Shown piece by piece: positions 1 through 10,500 of a stretch of 64,000 nucleotides of DNA. The notes under the pieces were generated by a model that was not told where the DNA came from, did not search any database, and worked only from the letters and a program-made list of their open reading frames with translations. The position numbers and the translations under genes were made by a program. The stretch spans positions 8,680,001 to 8,744,000 of the forward strand of contig NC_135830.1 in the NCBI RefSeq assembly GCF_964213995.1. The letters run 5' to 3'. Every line of letters begins with the position of its first letter. Positions within the stretch are counted from its first letter, which is position 1. Source of the stretch: Mustelus asterias (Eukaryota).

Positions 1-22
1 AGTTCGAATCTCGGTGGAACAT
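1..22 (+). tRNA. 3' end of a tRNA-Gln gene, cut by the window start
   Basis: AGTTCGAATCTCGGTGGAAC matches the T-arm and acceptor 3' strand of vertebrate tRNA-Gln (GAGTTCAAATCTCGGTGGAACCT). A T6 run follows, as for a Pol III terminator. The anticodon is not visible. Confidence 0.7.
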
Positions 23-66
23 TGTTTTTTCATTGCCAATTCTGATGATTGATTTGCTCGATGATA

Positions 67-405
67 TTTGATTTGATTTTGATTTGGTTTATCATTGTCA
101 CATCTATTTGTACACAATGAAAAGTATTGTTTCTTGCGCGCTATACAGACAAAGCTTACCGTACATAGAGAAGGAAACGAAAGAGTGCAGAATGCAATGT
201 AACAGTCATAGCCACGGTGGAGGGAAAGGTCAACTTAATGGAAGGTAGGTCCATTGAAAAGTTTGATGGCAGGAGGGAAGAAACTGTTCTTGAGTCGGTT
301 GGTACGTGACCTCAGACTATCTGTTTCCCCACGGATGAAGGTAAAAGAGAGAATGTCCGGGGTGCGTGGGGTCCTTAATTATGTCAGCTGCTTTGCCAAG
401 GCAAC
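67..405 (-). mobile_element. Rex1/Babar-like LINE, 3' fragment
   Basis: Reverse complement of the family at 15854-16335 and 39297-40010, with a (TTTGA)n tail. Confidence 0.55.
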
Positions 406-562
406 CGATGTTTGACTTTCTCACAAAGTATTAATCGAGAGGACAATTTGAGAGCCAGTTCAGCTGCAATGGCAATGCACATTGCAGAGAAAATGTGTGT
501 GTGTGTGTGAGTAAGAGAAACATCTGGGGAAATGGCCTGCTGTGTTAAGCAAGCGGTCTTTC

Positions 563-633
563 TGTTCTATGGTGAACTGGTTAGCGTCTGGATTGGGAAT
601 CAAGCAAACTGAGTTTGAATCTCCATAGAGCCT
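563..633 (+). pseudogene. tRNA-Gln pseudogene
   Basis: TGTTCTATGGTGAACTGGTTAGCG-TCTGGATTGGGAATCAAGCAAACTGAGTTTGAATCTCCATAGAGCCT aligns end to end with tRNA-Gln; anticodon loop and stems are degenerate; T run follows. Confidence 0.7.
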
Positions 634-723
634 TTTTCCTTTCGTTCTAAGTTTGTTTAAATTGGCAGAGAGGACTCAGTGCATGATTCCGGTTGGGGAA
701 CCCCTGCCCTCTGTGGCTTTTCT

Positions 724-1035
724 GGCGCAGTGGCGCAATGCTGCATCACAGTGTCAGGGACCGGGTTTCAATTCTGCCCTCGGGTGACTCTCTACAGTTT
801 GCACATTCTCCGCGTGTCTGCGTGTGTCGAAGGAAGCTTGCACGCGGTGCGCAATACAGAGATGTGCGGGTAGGTTGATTGGCCATGTTACATTTCCCGT
901 ACTGTCTGGGGGACAAAGAGGGTAAGTGTATGGGGATAGGGTCTGGGGGTGTGGGGGGAGGGGTGGGGGGGGACTGTTGTCTGTGTAGGTTCGATGGGCC
1001 GAATGGCTTCCTTCTGAACTGTACGGATTTTATGA
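724..1035 (+). mobile_element. HE1-like tRNA-derived SINE
   Basis: tRNA-like head, central V-SINE-type body and CR1-like tail shared with the other copies in the window. Confidence 0.7.
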
Positions 1036-1233
1036 TCCGAGCTCTTTGCATTCTTGAGCTATCGTCCTCTGGGGCTGAAACAATGAAACCAGGAGAATCA
1101 TCCGCTGCATCGTCTGCAATGTGATTGCGGTGGATTTTGCTGAAATATCCTCAGAGTCAAAAATTCGCTTTCTGAGAATTTCAAATAAAATGTCCTTCAG
1201 CAAACCAGTCACCGGCTTTAGCAAATAGAAGCA

Positions 1234-1305
1234 ACGTTTCACCGAGATCTGAACTCATATCACTGAATTCAGAGCCCAGAGTGCTCACTGTTACACCACA
1301 GAACC
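1234..1305 (-). pseudogene. tRNA-Gln(CTG) pseudogene
   Basis: Minus strand reads GGTTCTGTGGTGTAACAGTGAGCACTCTGGGCTCTGAATTCAGTGATATGAGTTCAGATCTCGGTGAAAC; CTG anticodon kept, D-loop GG lost. Confidence 0.8.
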
Positions 1306-1429
1306 AGGAAGAGAGCCGCCTCATGCAATTATTGACTCAAAGCATGTGACCTTTTTCCATTCAATGTGACAGCAACAATCGTGGGTCAAATGCTTTGAGT
1401 GACCATTTACAGCTGACTGCTATGTTATC

Positions 1430-1494
1430 GGTTTTCTGGTCTAATGGAGAGCACTCTGAAACCAGCGAACCAGGTTTAAGTTTAGTTGGATCCT
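1430..1494 (+). pseudogene. tRNA-Gln pseudogene with internal deletion
   Basis: GGTTTTCTGGTCTAATGGAGAGCACTCTG-AAACCAGCGAACCAGGTTTAAG; the deletion falls between the two ACTCTG motifs of tRNA-Gln. Confidence 0.6.
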
Positions 1495-1636
1495 TGCTCT
1501 TCTTTCCAATTACTGAGGATTGATTTGTTGAGCGACCTATTGTTTAAATTTCTCATGAAGTAGGAATCTGGAGGACAGTTTGTCAGCCAGTTCAACTTCT
1601 CTTACATTGCACGTTGCTGAGCCTCTGGCGCCAGAT

Positions 1637-2965
1637 GAACATAAGAACATAAGAACATAAGAAATAGGAGCAGGAATAGGCCATCTAGCCCCTCAAGCCT
1701 GCTCCGCCATTCAATAAGATCATGGCTGATCTGATAGTGGGGTCAGTTCCACTTACCCGCCCGCTCACCAAAACCCTAATTCCCTTAGTGGTTAAAAATC
1801 TATTTATCTGTGACTTAAACACATTTAACGAGGTAGTCTCCACTGCTTCATTGGGCAGAGATTTCCAAAGATTCACCACCCTCTGGGAGAAGAAGTTCCT
1901 CCTCAACTCTGTTCCAAATTGACTCCCCCGTATTTTGAGGCTATGCCCCGAGTTCTTGTTTCCATTGTAAGTGGAAATAACCCACTGCTTCTACCCTGTC
2001 TAGCCCCTTTATTATCTTGTATGTCTCTATAAGATCTCTCCTCAACCTTCTAAACTCCAATGAGTACAGGCCCAGTCCACTCAATCTTTCCTCATAAGCT
2101 AACCCCCTCATCTCCGGAGTCAACCTGGTGAACCTTCTCTGTACCCCCTCCAAAGCTAATATATCCTTTCTTAAATAAGGGGACCAAAATTGTACACAGT
2201 ACTCGAGGTGCGACCTCAGCAGTACCCTGTACAGGTGCAGCAAGACCTCCCTGCTTTTATACTCCATCCCTCTCGCGATAAAGGCCAACATTCCATTTGC
2301 CTTCGTGATTACCTGCTGCACCTGCAAACTGAGTTTTTGTGATTCATGCACAAGGAGCCCCAGGTCCCTCTGCACAGTAGCATGTTGTAATTTTTCACCG
2401 TTTAAATAATAGTCCATTTTACTCCTATTCCTTTCAAAGTAGATACCCTCACACTTACCAACGTCATACTCCATCTGCCAGATCCGTGCCCGCTCACTTA
2501 GGCTATCCAAGTCTCTCTGCAGACTCTCTGTGTCCTCCACGCAATTTGCTTTCCCACTCATCTTTGTGTCATCCACAAACTTTGTTACCCTACACTCGGT
2601 CCCCTCCTCCAGATCGTCTATGTATATGGTAAATGGTTGAGGCCCCAGCACCGATCCCTGCGGCACGCCACTAGTCACTAATTGCCAACTGAAAAAGCAC
2701 CCATTTATTCCGACTCTCTGCTTTCTCTTAGATAGCCAATCCTCAATCCACGCTAACACTCCTCAACTCCGTGTGCCTTTATCTTATGCAGCAACCTTTT
2801 GTGAGGCACCTTATCGAATGTCATCGAGAAATCTAAATACACCACATCCACCGGTTCCCCTCTGTCATCCGCACTCGTTATATCCTCTAAAGATTCCAGT
2901 AAATTAGTCAAACATGACTTTCCCTTCATGAATCCATGCTGCACCTGCTTGATTGAACCATTCTT
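1637..2965 (-). mobile_element. CR1-clade LINE, 5'-truncated (reverse transcriptase)
   Basis: ORFs 2753-3010, 1941-2759 and 1685-1906 carry QHGF, GVPQGSVLGP, KFVDDTK and HLEYCVQFWSP motifs; (TTCTTATG)n tail at about 1637-1665. Confidence 0.95.
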
Positions 2966-3200
2966 TTCCAGAGCTTTCCAGATGCCTGCAACATCAATGT
3001 TTTTTTCCATCTTTTCGCTACTCTTTAACTCCTCTTTTGAAAGAAAGGTTCAGTTAGTGTCACGCAACAACAACTATTCGACTGGAGACTGGCAATTATT
3101 GAGCAAGTGCGTGTGTGTGTGTGTGTGTGTGTGTGTATTGGGAGAAAGGCCTATGTGCTTTGTGAGAAAGGCTAGAGGTCTCTTAGGTCAGATTGTTGTT

Positions 3201-3227
3201 GGTTTCATGGTGTAACTCTTAGCACTC
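3201..3227 (+). pseudogene. tRNA-Gln 5' fragment
   Basis: GGTTTCATGGTGTAACTCTTAGCACTC versus tRNA-Gln GGTTCCATGGTGTAATGGTTAGCACTC. Confidence 0.5.
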
Positions 3228-3975
3228 GAGTCTCGCCGTCCCACTTCTTGCTTAAATTGGGATAGATGAAAGTGAATGGCAGCCGTAAGTGGACCCCCTG
3301 CAAAATATATATTGAATTAGTTACATCTTCTAAAATGATTAATCCTCATTTTGTTTCAATTTATGTCAAACAGGGTGACATATCCTTGTATCTTATTATT
3401 TAAAAACTCACCCCTTTAACGATTTCAACAGGTAAGGCTCAGTCAAAGAAAACTGATCCAAATTGAACCAGAAAAAAATGATACTGCAGTTAATGCAAAT
3501 CCCATCTCAAAACAGAAAATGTTGGAAAAACTCAGCAGGTTAACCAGCGTCTATAGAGATGGAAACAGCGTGAATGTTTCGGGTCACTGACCTTTTATCC
3601 ATACTGAAAGAAATTAGAGATTAAATGGGTTACGAGCAAATACAGAGTCAAGGAAAATAGAGGGCGAGAGGAGGAAGGCATGTGATAGGATGTAAGACTG
3701 GAGTGATTGAATGACAATGGGTGAAATTATAGTTTCCACTGAAACAATCTCCCCGATCTGGGTTCAAATTTCGCGAAAATCAGTAGAAAACTTCTCGCTG
3801 AATTAAGCAGTAAACTCTTCCACTTCCATGGAAGCAGAGATCGGTTTAACTCAGAAACCAGTAACTGTGGGATTAACAACGCGGGAGGGAGAAAGACTCA
3901 GTGTGAGCGATGACACTGCCGGAGGAATGGAGATTTGGAGTTCACCCAGGAAAGGGGAAAGTTTAAAAACAGCAG

Positions 3976-4035
3976 TGCCCAACGTGGGGCTCGAAGAGTA
4001 AGAATCGCATGTTCTAGCGACTCAGCTAGCCCGAC
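3976..4035 (-). pseudogene. tRNA-Lys(CTT) pseudogene with internal deletion
   Basis: Minus strand GTCGGGCTAGCTGAGTCGCTAGAACATGCGATTCTTACTC-TTCGAGCCCCACGTTGGGCA; the 3' end matches tRNA-Lys(CTT) and the variable region is missing. Confidence 0.8.
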
Positions 4036-4825
4036 ACATATAGGAGACGGCACTCAATATCCTAACATGCGTGGAGATAAATATAGCTTTTCCATCTGGT
4101 GTCTCAGCTTGTTTTGGTTACAATGTTTACAATTGATCAACCTACAGAATCCCTGAGGTTAGAATGCATTCCTCTCAATCATCAATAACTTCATTCACAT
4201 CTTTCACTTCTTAGCTGCACCTCCTTCCAAACATTGCAAACCTTAATTTTTTTTATCTAAATACTCAAACCAGGTGGGGAAACAGCGTGTCAGTATGTCC
4301 GAAGGCAAATTGTCTCCCTATTTTCAGAATTTTCAATCTGATCACCTCTCATCATTCTAATCAACAGACAAGGCAGACTCATCCCACCGAATCTGTCTCC
4401 CCAGGACAATGGCCTCGTCACAAGAACCAATGCAGTGAACCTCGGTTAAACATAGACAGCGAGAAATTAGAGGGAGCAAAGAGCAAAAGAGGGAATAGTA
4501 ATTGATTCACAGAGCGAGAGACTGACTGAGTGAAAGAGTCTGAGACAGGTATATTGCGACTGAACAAGGTTAGAGATCCACATCCCAATATACACACAAC
4601 AGCCGTCTGAATATGGTGTCCTCTGAATTGGATTAAGTTCATGTCTGTAAACAGATTCAACATTTGAAAATGCCCTGATTCTTTGTGAGTATTTTGCGAA
4701 CAGAAGCCTTGCAGTGTGTGGTCCGGTTCTCAAATCAGACCCCATGAAAGCCAATCCCAGCATTTGCACGGGAAATAGGAGAATGAAATCCATGACTTGC
4801 CCAATACGAAACAACAGCTAAATGA

Positions 4826-4914
4826 GACCTTAACAGGGTCTTGAACCATGACCTCTCACAAAGTTGCGGATTTTAACACCCAAAGCGAGATTCATACCCC
4901 TCGACCAAAAAGCC
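4826..4914 (-). pseudogene. tRNA-Pro(TGG) pseudogene with an 18-nt insert after the anticodon
   Basis: Minus strand GGCTTTTTGGTCGAGGGGTATGAATCTCGCTTTGGG[TGTTAAAATCCGCAACTT]TGTGAGAGGTCATGGTTCAAGACCCTGTTAAGG. Confidence 0.8.
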
Positions 4915-5344
4915 ATTTGTATGGAAATATGTCAGCTTTGCCATCCAAAGCGGATCAGCCATCTTCACTGAATGGCGATAATGATGGAAAAACTCAGGAA
5001 GTCCGTCAGCTTGTATGCATAGGGAAACAGAAATTAACTTTCACCTCCATGACCTTTCATTATCACTGGGAATGGTTAGAAATGTAGGAAGTTTAAAACA
5101 AATGAAATCCGGCAGGGAGGACACATAACAACATCTGGTAGGGTGGAAGTCAGGAGAAAATAAATGGGGGAATCATAGAATAACAGAATGGTTACACCAC
5201 AGAATGAGGTGATTACAAAGTTATTTGCAGGACTCACATGTGTTGTGGGTGAAGGGGAAACCAGAGGATGTATTGTACATAGACTGAAACAGAACCACAG
5301 TGATGAGTTTGGTGGTCTTTGAAAATTGAAAGTAACACTTTCAA

Positions 5345-6900
5345 AGAAGCATAGGAACATAGGAACTGAGAAAAGATGTAGGCAAATTCAGCCCTTTGAT
5401 TCTGCTCCACCATTCAATCAGATCCAGGTTGATCTCTCCCTTGTCGGCAATCCACCTCCCCATTTGTTCTCCTTTCATGCGTTTTTCTTTATCAGAAATA
5501 TATCCGTCCCTTCTTGAAACCATTCAACGAACCAGACTCCACCGCGCAATGGGGCAGCGAGTTCCACCAATTCACCACCCACTGCGAGAAGTAGTTTCCC
5601 CTCATCTTAGTTTTAAATCTGCCGTCACTTTTTCAAATATGTCCTGCTCTACCTATTTTTACGAAGAAAAGAATATCTAATCATTGTGATATTTGAAAAA
5701 GTGAAAAATGTGTTGATATTCAAAACAAAATAGATGTGTTCGTACAAGCTCGCATCTATGTGTAGCAAATAACTCGGAAGGGGCGTTACAGTTTGGTCTT
5801 GATTCATGGCAAACTGGAGTACAAGAATAACGAGGAGTTGCTGCAGTTGTACACCGTTTAGTTGAGACCACATCCTGAATATTCTGTGCAGTTATGATAT
5901 CCACATTTAGTTAAGGACATGCTTGCGTTGGAAACGATACAGACAAGGTTCACCAGATTGGTCCCTGGGAAGAGGGAGTTGTCCTGTGATGAGAGGGTGA
6001 ATAAATTGGGCTGAAGTTTACTGGAGATTAGAAGAATGCGAGGCGATGAGGAACATTGTGTTTTCTGAATCTACCCTGTATAACCCTGTTAGAATATGAT
6101 AAGTTGCGATGAGTCCCCTTTCAGTCACCTGAACTAGAGTGAATGTAATGCTAATCCCTCATATGCCATCCCAGGAATAAGCCTGTAAACTTTCACTGAA
6201 CTCCCTCTCGGGCAAGGAATTCCTTCCACAGATAAGGACAGCAAAACTGAACACAATATTCCCGGTGTCGTTCGTCTCACCAATGCCCTATACAATTCCA
6301 GTAATGGCTGAAAAGGCACGAAGGGCTGAACGACTTACACTTGTTCCTATTCCTTATAGTCTTTTTGGTCCTCATGTTTTGGAACTCTCTTTCTCAATAA
6401 GCGATGGCAGCAGAACTTTACTTATTTTTAAGGTAAATGTAGATAAGGTTTTGCTGAGTCATACTGATTGGTGATCAGGTGTACGTGGATTGCAAATTTG
6501 ATGTTAGAAGAAAAGTGATGAAATGGAGGAGCGGGCTCGAGGGCTTAATGGCCTACGCATGTTCCTCTTTTGATTGTTCATACGACGATCTGAGAGATAA
6601 AATGTTCCTCATCATTGGCTTCAATGAGTGACCCCTTATTTTAAAACATTCTCACTGGGTTTTGGATTCGCCCCGAAAGCGGAAACATTCTGTGCACATC
6701 CACAATGTCAACATCCCTCAAGATCTGAAACTCTTCCATTAAGACGTCTCACACTATTCGAACTTCCAGTATGTATGTGTCTACCCTGTCCAAATATTTC
6801 CATAAGGCAACCCGCTCATTACTGGAAATCGTTAAGCAAACATTCTCTGGATTGTCTGAAAGACATTTGCATTTCCATTTATATATCGACAGCCAAAATA
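5345..6900. mobile_element. Cluster of old CR1-like fragments in both orientations
   Basis: Degenerate RPHLEYCVQFW-type coding sequence and CR1 3' UTR motifs on both strands. Confidence 0.6.
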
Positions 6901-6941
6901 ATACCCATTATTTCTCATATGGCTCACCATCTGAAGGGCTG

Positions 6942-7618
6942 TGCAGTCGGGAATGGGTTAATGACCCTTGTCACACTAAAGCAGTAAGACCCGAACTCTG
7001 TGATTTTGTTTAGAACACTGCAGAGTCCATGTTTTTGTCAGAGTTCGGTGTTTTTCATGTCTGTGCCAGATAAAAGGAACAGCTATTCATCTGTCTCCAT
7101 TTGTTATCAAGAAATGCGATTGACCCAGCTCGAAATAAGCTAAACAGTCTCCATTTTATGTACCTTTGTTTAAAACGATGGAGTTGGCATGTATGCCTTC
7201 TGTCTTTGAATCACCATAGATTCATATATATATATATATTCATCATACGTTATTCATCTTATCCTGATATAAAGTATTATACAAACCTGCATGTAGATTA
7301 GTTAACTTGTTTGTGCAAAACCTGTGATGTTGTTTCAAGAATATAAATGACGAACAATCATGGCCTTGGAGATCGAACAAACTACGCAGAGGAAGATACT
7401 GCTAAAACAACAAGAATCTCACCATGAACAATGACAGCCATCTCAGGTTTTGCAATGTAATGAGGGCGGGGCCCGGGACATATATAAACTCTGTTCTTAC
7501 TTGTGTTCGATGAGAAGGCTGGGGGTCCACTGTTAGGAACCTCACTTCTCCCACAATTGTGAAAATAAACACTGCATTTTGAACCACTAATAGTGTCAGA
7601 GGTTTTTTACCTACAACA
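6942..7618 (+). repeat. ERV 5' LTR
   Basis: TGCAGTCGGG...CTACAACA, directly repeated at 15176-15853. GC box 7464-7471, TATATAA 7481-7487, AATAAA 7564-7569. Confidence 0.95.
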
Positions 7619-7620
7619 AT

Positions 7621-7638
7621 TGGGGGCTCGTCCGGGAT
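7621..7638 (+). promoter_or_regulatory. Primer-binding site for tRNA-Pro
   Basis: TGGGGGCTCGTCCGGGAT is the 18-nt complement of the tRNA-Pro 3' end (same as the MLV PBS), 2 nt after the LTR. Confidence 0.97.
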
Positions 7639-8008
7639 AATCTGTTTACGGTCCAGTCGAATGGCCACGACCGGGACACCGGAATAGATTATCGAACTCT
7701 AAATAGAGTGGGTCAAAATGCAGTGGGTAATCATCTGTGATAAGAGTGTGTGATGTTTAGACGTGAGTGAGATAGAGACTGTCTGAGTGATCGCCGGGGT
7801 TTGAAGGAAAAGCCTTCATGTGTAAGAGTTAGAAGGAAAAGCCTTCTAAGGAGAAGCCGGCTTAAAAAAAATAGTATAAGCGGTGGTACGGAGGGATCTG
7901 ATCAACCCTTACAGGTATCACCGGACTCCGATCAGAGCGACCTGGGAGAGGGAGAGCAAGAAGGGAGAATAAGTCACTCCAGGTGGTGAGTATAAACTTA
8001 TCAGTGTT

Positions 8009-8617
8009 ATGGCGGGACAAAGACAGTGGGGACCCCCTGGGTCCCTGATAAATGAATTTATGACTAAGAGGGACAGACTCATAAAACAGATGATAACAGC
8101 GGGATGGGATTTAGACCATCCACTAGACCAACAACAAAAATGGCTGGAAGAGGAAAAGAAAAACAAAACTAAGAAAATTGGAGTTCTCTTAGTTCATCAA
8201 TTGGCTGGATTAATTGAACAGGTTTCAGTCTCGGGTAAGAAATGGGCTGATGTCAAAGAAAAAATTAAAATGTTAATCAACAAAGGGGTGAAAGAGCCTC
8301 CGAATTTGGGGAGCGACTCTTTAGAATATACCAAGAATGTTGGGGAGTACCCGAAACTGCCCGAACAGATAGAGCCTTTTTACAAGCATTTAAAGACGGG
8401 CTGTCGCCAGCTCACCAAAACATCCTTAAAATGGGAGTTCTCAATACCCAGATCTATGATGAATTAGTGGAATTGGGCATCTGGAATTAGAGATGGACCA
8501 GATGAGAAACCATACCTACAAATAAAACAGGAAAATGTTCGTGCAAACAGTGGAGGAGCTAAACCAAGGGGTGCGTGCCATAATTGTAGGAAACTGGGTC
8601 ACTTTGTCAGGCACTGT
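8009..8617 (+). pseudogene. gag: gag remnant 1: N-terminal domain plus CCHC zinc knuckle, capsid mostly absent
   Basis: ORF 8009-8467 follows the leader; CHNCRKLGHFVRHC (CX2CX4HX4C) is encoded at 8576-8617. Confidence 0.8.
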
Positions 8618-8650
8618 AGGGCTCCAAAGGGGGGTAGTGAAATCTGCAAA

Positions 8651-9087
8651 ATGGCAGATAATGAAGGATGAGGGAATCTGCAGGTCCTCTCATTGACGTG
8701 TACTTATCAAAGAAAAAAGCATTAATAAAGAGGATGCAAAAGGATGGCTGGGATACGTCTCAGACCTTAGAGTAGCAGAAAATGTGGATATATAAAGAAA
8801 AGAGAAATGAGGCAAAGAAGATAGGAGTATTGTTAATACATCAGTTAGCTGGACTAATTGAGCAAGATAGAAAAAAGATTAGAGAACTAGAATTCAGAAT
8901 AAGAGAATTGGAGAAACAAAACCAAGTCTTCGAAGAAAAACAATAGAGAGAGGAAACTGTTCCTCTACCTCCTAATGAGTCCACACAGGGACCACCCGCT
9001 CCTCCTGAGGAGTGGGAAGTGCTAGAATACAACTCAGCACCAGTAACCCGGAGGGGAACTGGTGCACGGCCAAAAGCAAAATTATAA
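8651..9087 (+). pseudogene. gag: gag remnant 2: diverged second N-terminal domain
   Basis: Manual translation GPLIDVYLSKKKALIKRMQKDGWDTSQTLE*QKMWIYKEKRNEAKKIGVLLIHQLAGLIEQ aligns with remnant 1; has a frameshift and stops. Confidence 0.8.
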
Positions 9088-9299
9088 ACCCGTCACCCAG
9101 TGTAAAACAGAGATTCAGAGAGTATGAGGGAATGCTCCCACTTATTGGAGCAGAATTACCACAATAAAACAATTAAGAAGAGGGATCAGTGAATGTGAGA
9201 ATCAAAGGAAAGATAAAGAGGTATCTGGCTTGCCAATGTTGTTCCAAATTCCCGATACGAATGAACAGGAGTGGTGGAATTGACCCAGTGTAGATAATC

Positions 9300-10500
9300 A
9301 CCAGACGGCACTATACTCAGTCCTGAAACACTTAGACGAACAGGGACTAAAGGCGAGCCCCAGGAAGGCCCAAATAGGGAAAGCGCAGGTGTTATATTTG
9401 GGACACCTGATATCCCAGGGGACCAAAGAAATGCCACTGGACAGGAAAACAGCCATTCAGCAAATGCCAAGACCAGTAACCGTCCGAGGGGTAAGGAAGG
9501 TTTTGGGACTGTTTAATTACAGCCGCAACTTTATACCAGAATTCGCAAGGCTAGCCGAACCAATACAAAGGCTAGTAAAAGGGGGGAAACCCGTTCTAGA
9601 AGTTATCGAATGGGGATCAGAACAGGAAAGGGCACAGAGTAAACTAAAAGTAGAACTAATGAAGGCTCCAGGACTTGGACTGCCTGACGCTAGTAAAGAT
9701 TTTCCTATCTATTGTAATCACGAAGGGGGGTTTTATTCGGCAGTAGTCACACAGGTCCATGGGGACAAACAGCGACCCGTGTGTTATTATTCCACAGCGG
9801 AGGGCCCCGTAGTAACCGGGTTACCCAGATGTATAGCCGCACTAGATTGCGCGGCATGGGCAGTAAAGGTCAACAAGCCCATCATAATGACGGGGAAGAT
9901 TGTTTTACACACCAAACATACTTTGGTGGAAATGCTGAACACAGGAAAATTGCGGTCTGTCTCAAACATGAGAGGGGCGAAGTGGGAGGCAGTGCTTCTC
10001 CCACCCACTAAGTCCATCACCATTGTACGAGACATGGGAATGAACCCCGCAGAAGGAATGTTAGGTGAAGGGTCTCCCCACTCATGTGGGGACGTAGACG
10101 AAGAGGTAGAGGAGAGTAGAATAAAAGATGCGCCCCTGGAGGCACCATATTTGGTCCTGTTTGTGGATGGATCACGGAAATGTGCAGATGTAGGCCCATT
10201 ACGGTACAGGATTAGACGATATGTATCAGAGTTAAGCTCCCAATTGAAAGATATGCGGAAAACAGTATGGGACAAACAAATAGTGATAGATGAGCAAAAT
10301 AAACTAGAACAGACCCCGGAGGTACCCCCGGCGGGCAGCAAGGTTATGGTAAAAACACTACCAGGAAAACCTGGATTTGCCCCCAAATGGAAAGGCTCCT
10401 ATGAGGTCATTATCAGTGGAGACACCTGTGCCTGCATCGATATGTAAGGTCGGGGTGTCTGGAAGCATTGGACTCAGTTAAAGGAATACACCAATTACCG
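9300..10500 (+). pseudogene. pol: Deleted pol: RT thumb/connection and start of RNase H fused to integrase C-terminus
   Basis: ORF 9389-10447 has YLGHLIS, VRKVLGLFNYSRNFIPEFA and LFVDGS, then jumps to DVGPL...KWKGSYEV. No YxDD motif or integrase core. Confidence 0.9.

Noticed and set aside
9787-10386. 199-aa antisense ORF in ERV pol
   Set aside because: Shadow of the sense frame with no recognisable motif.
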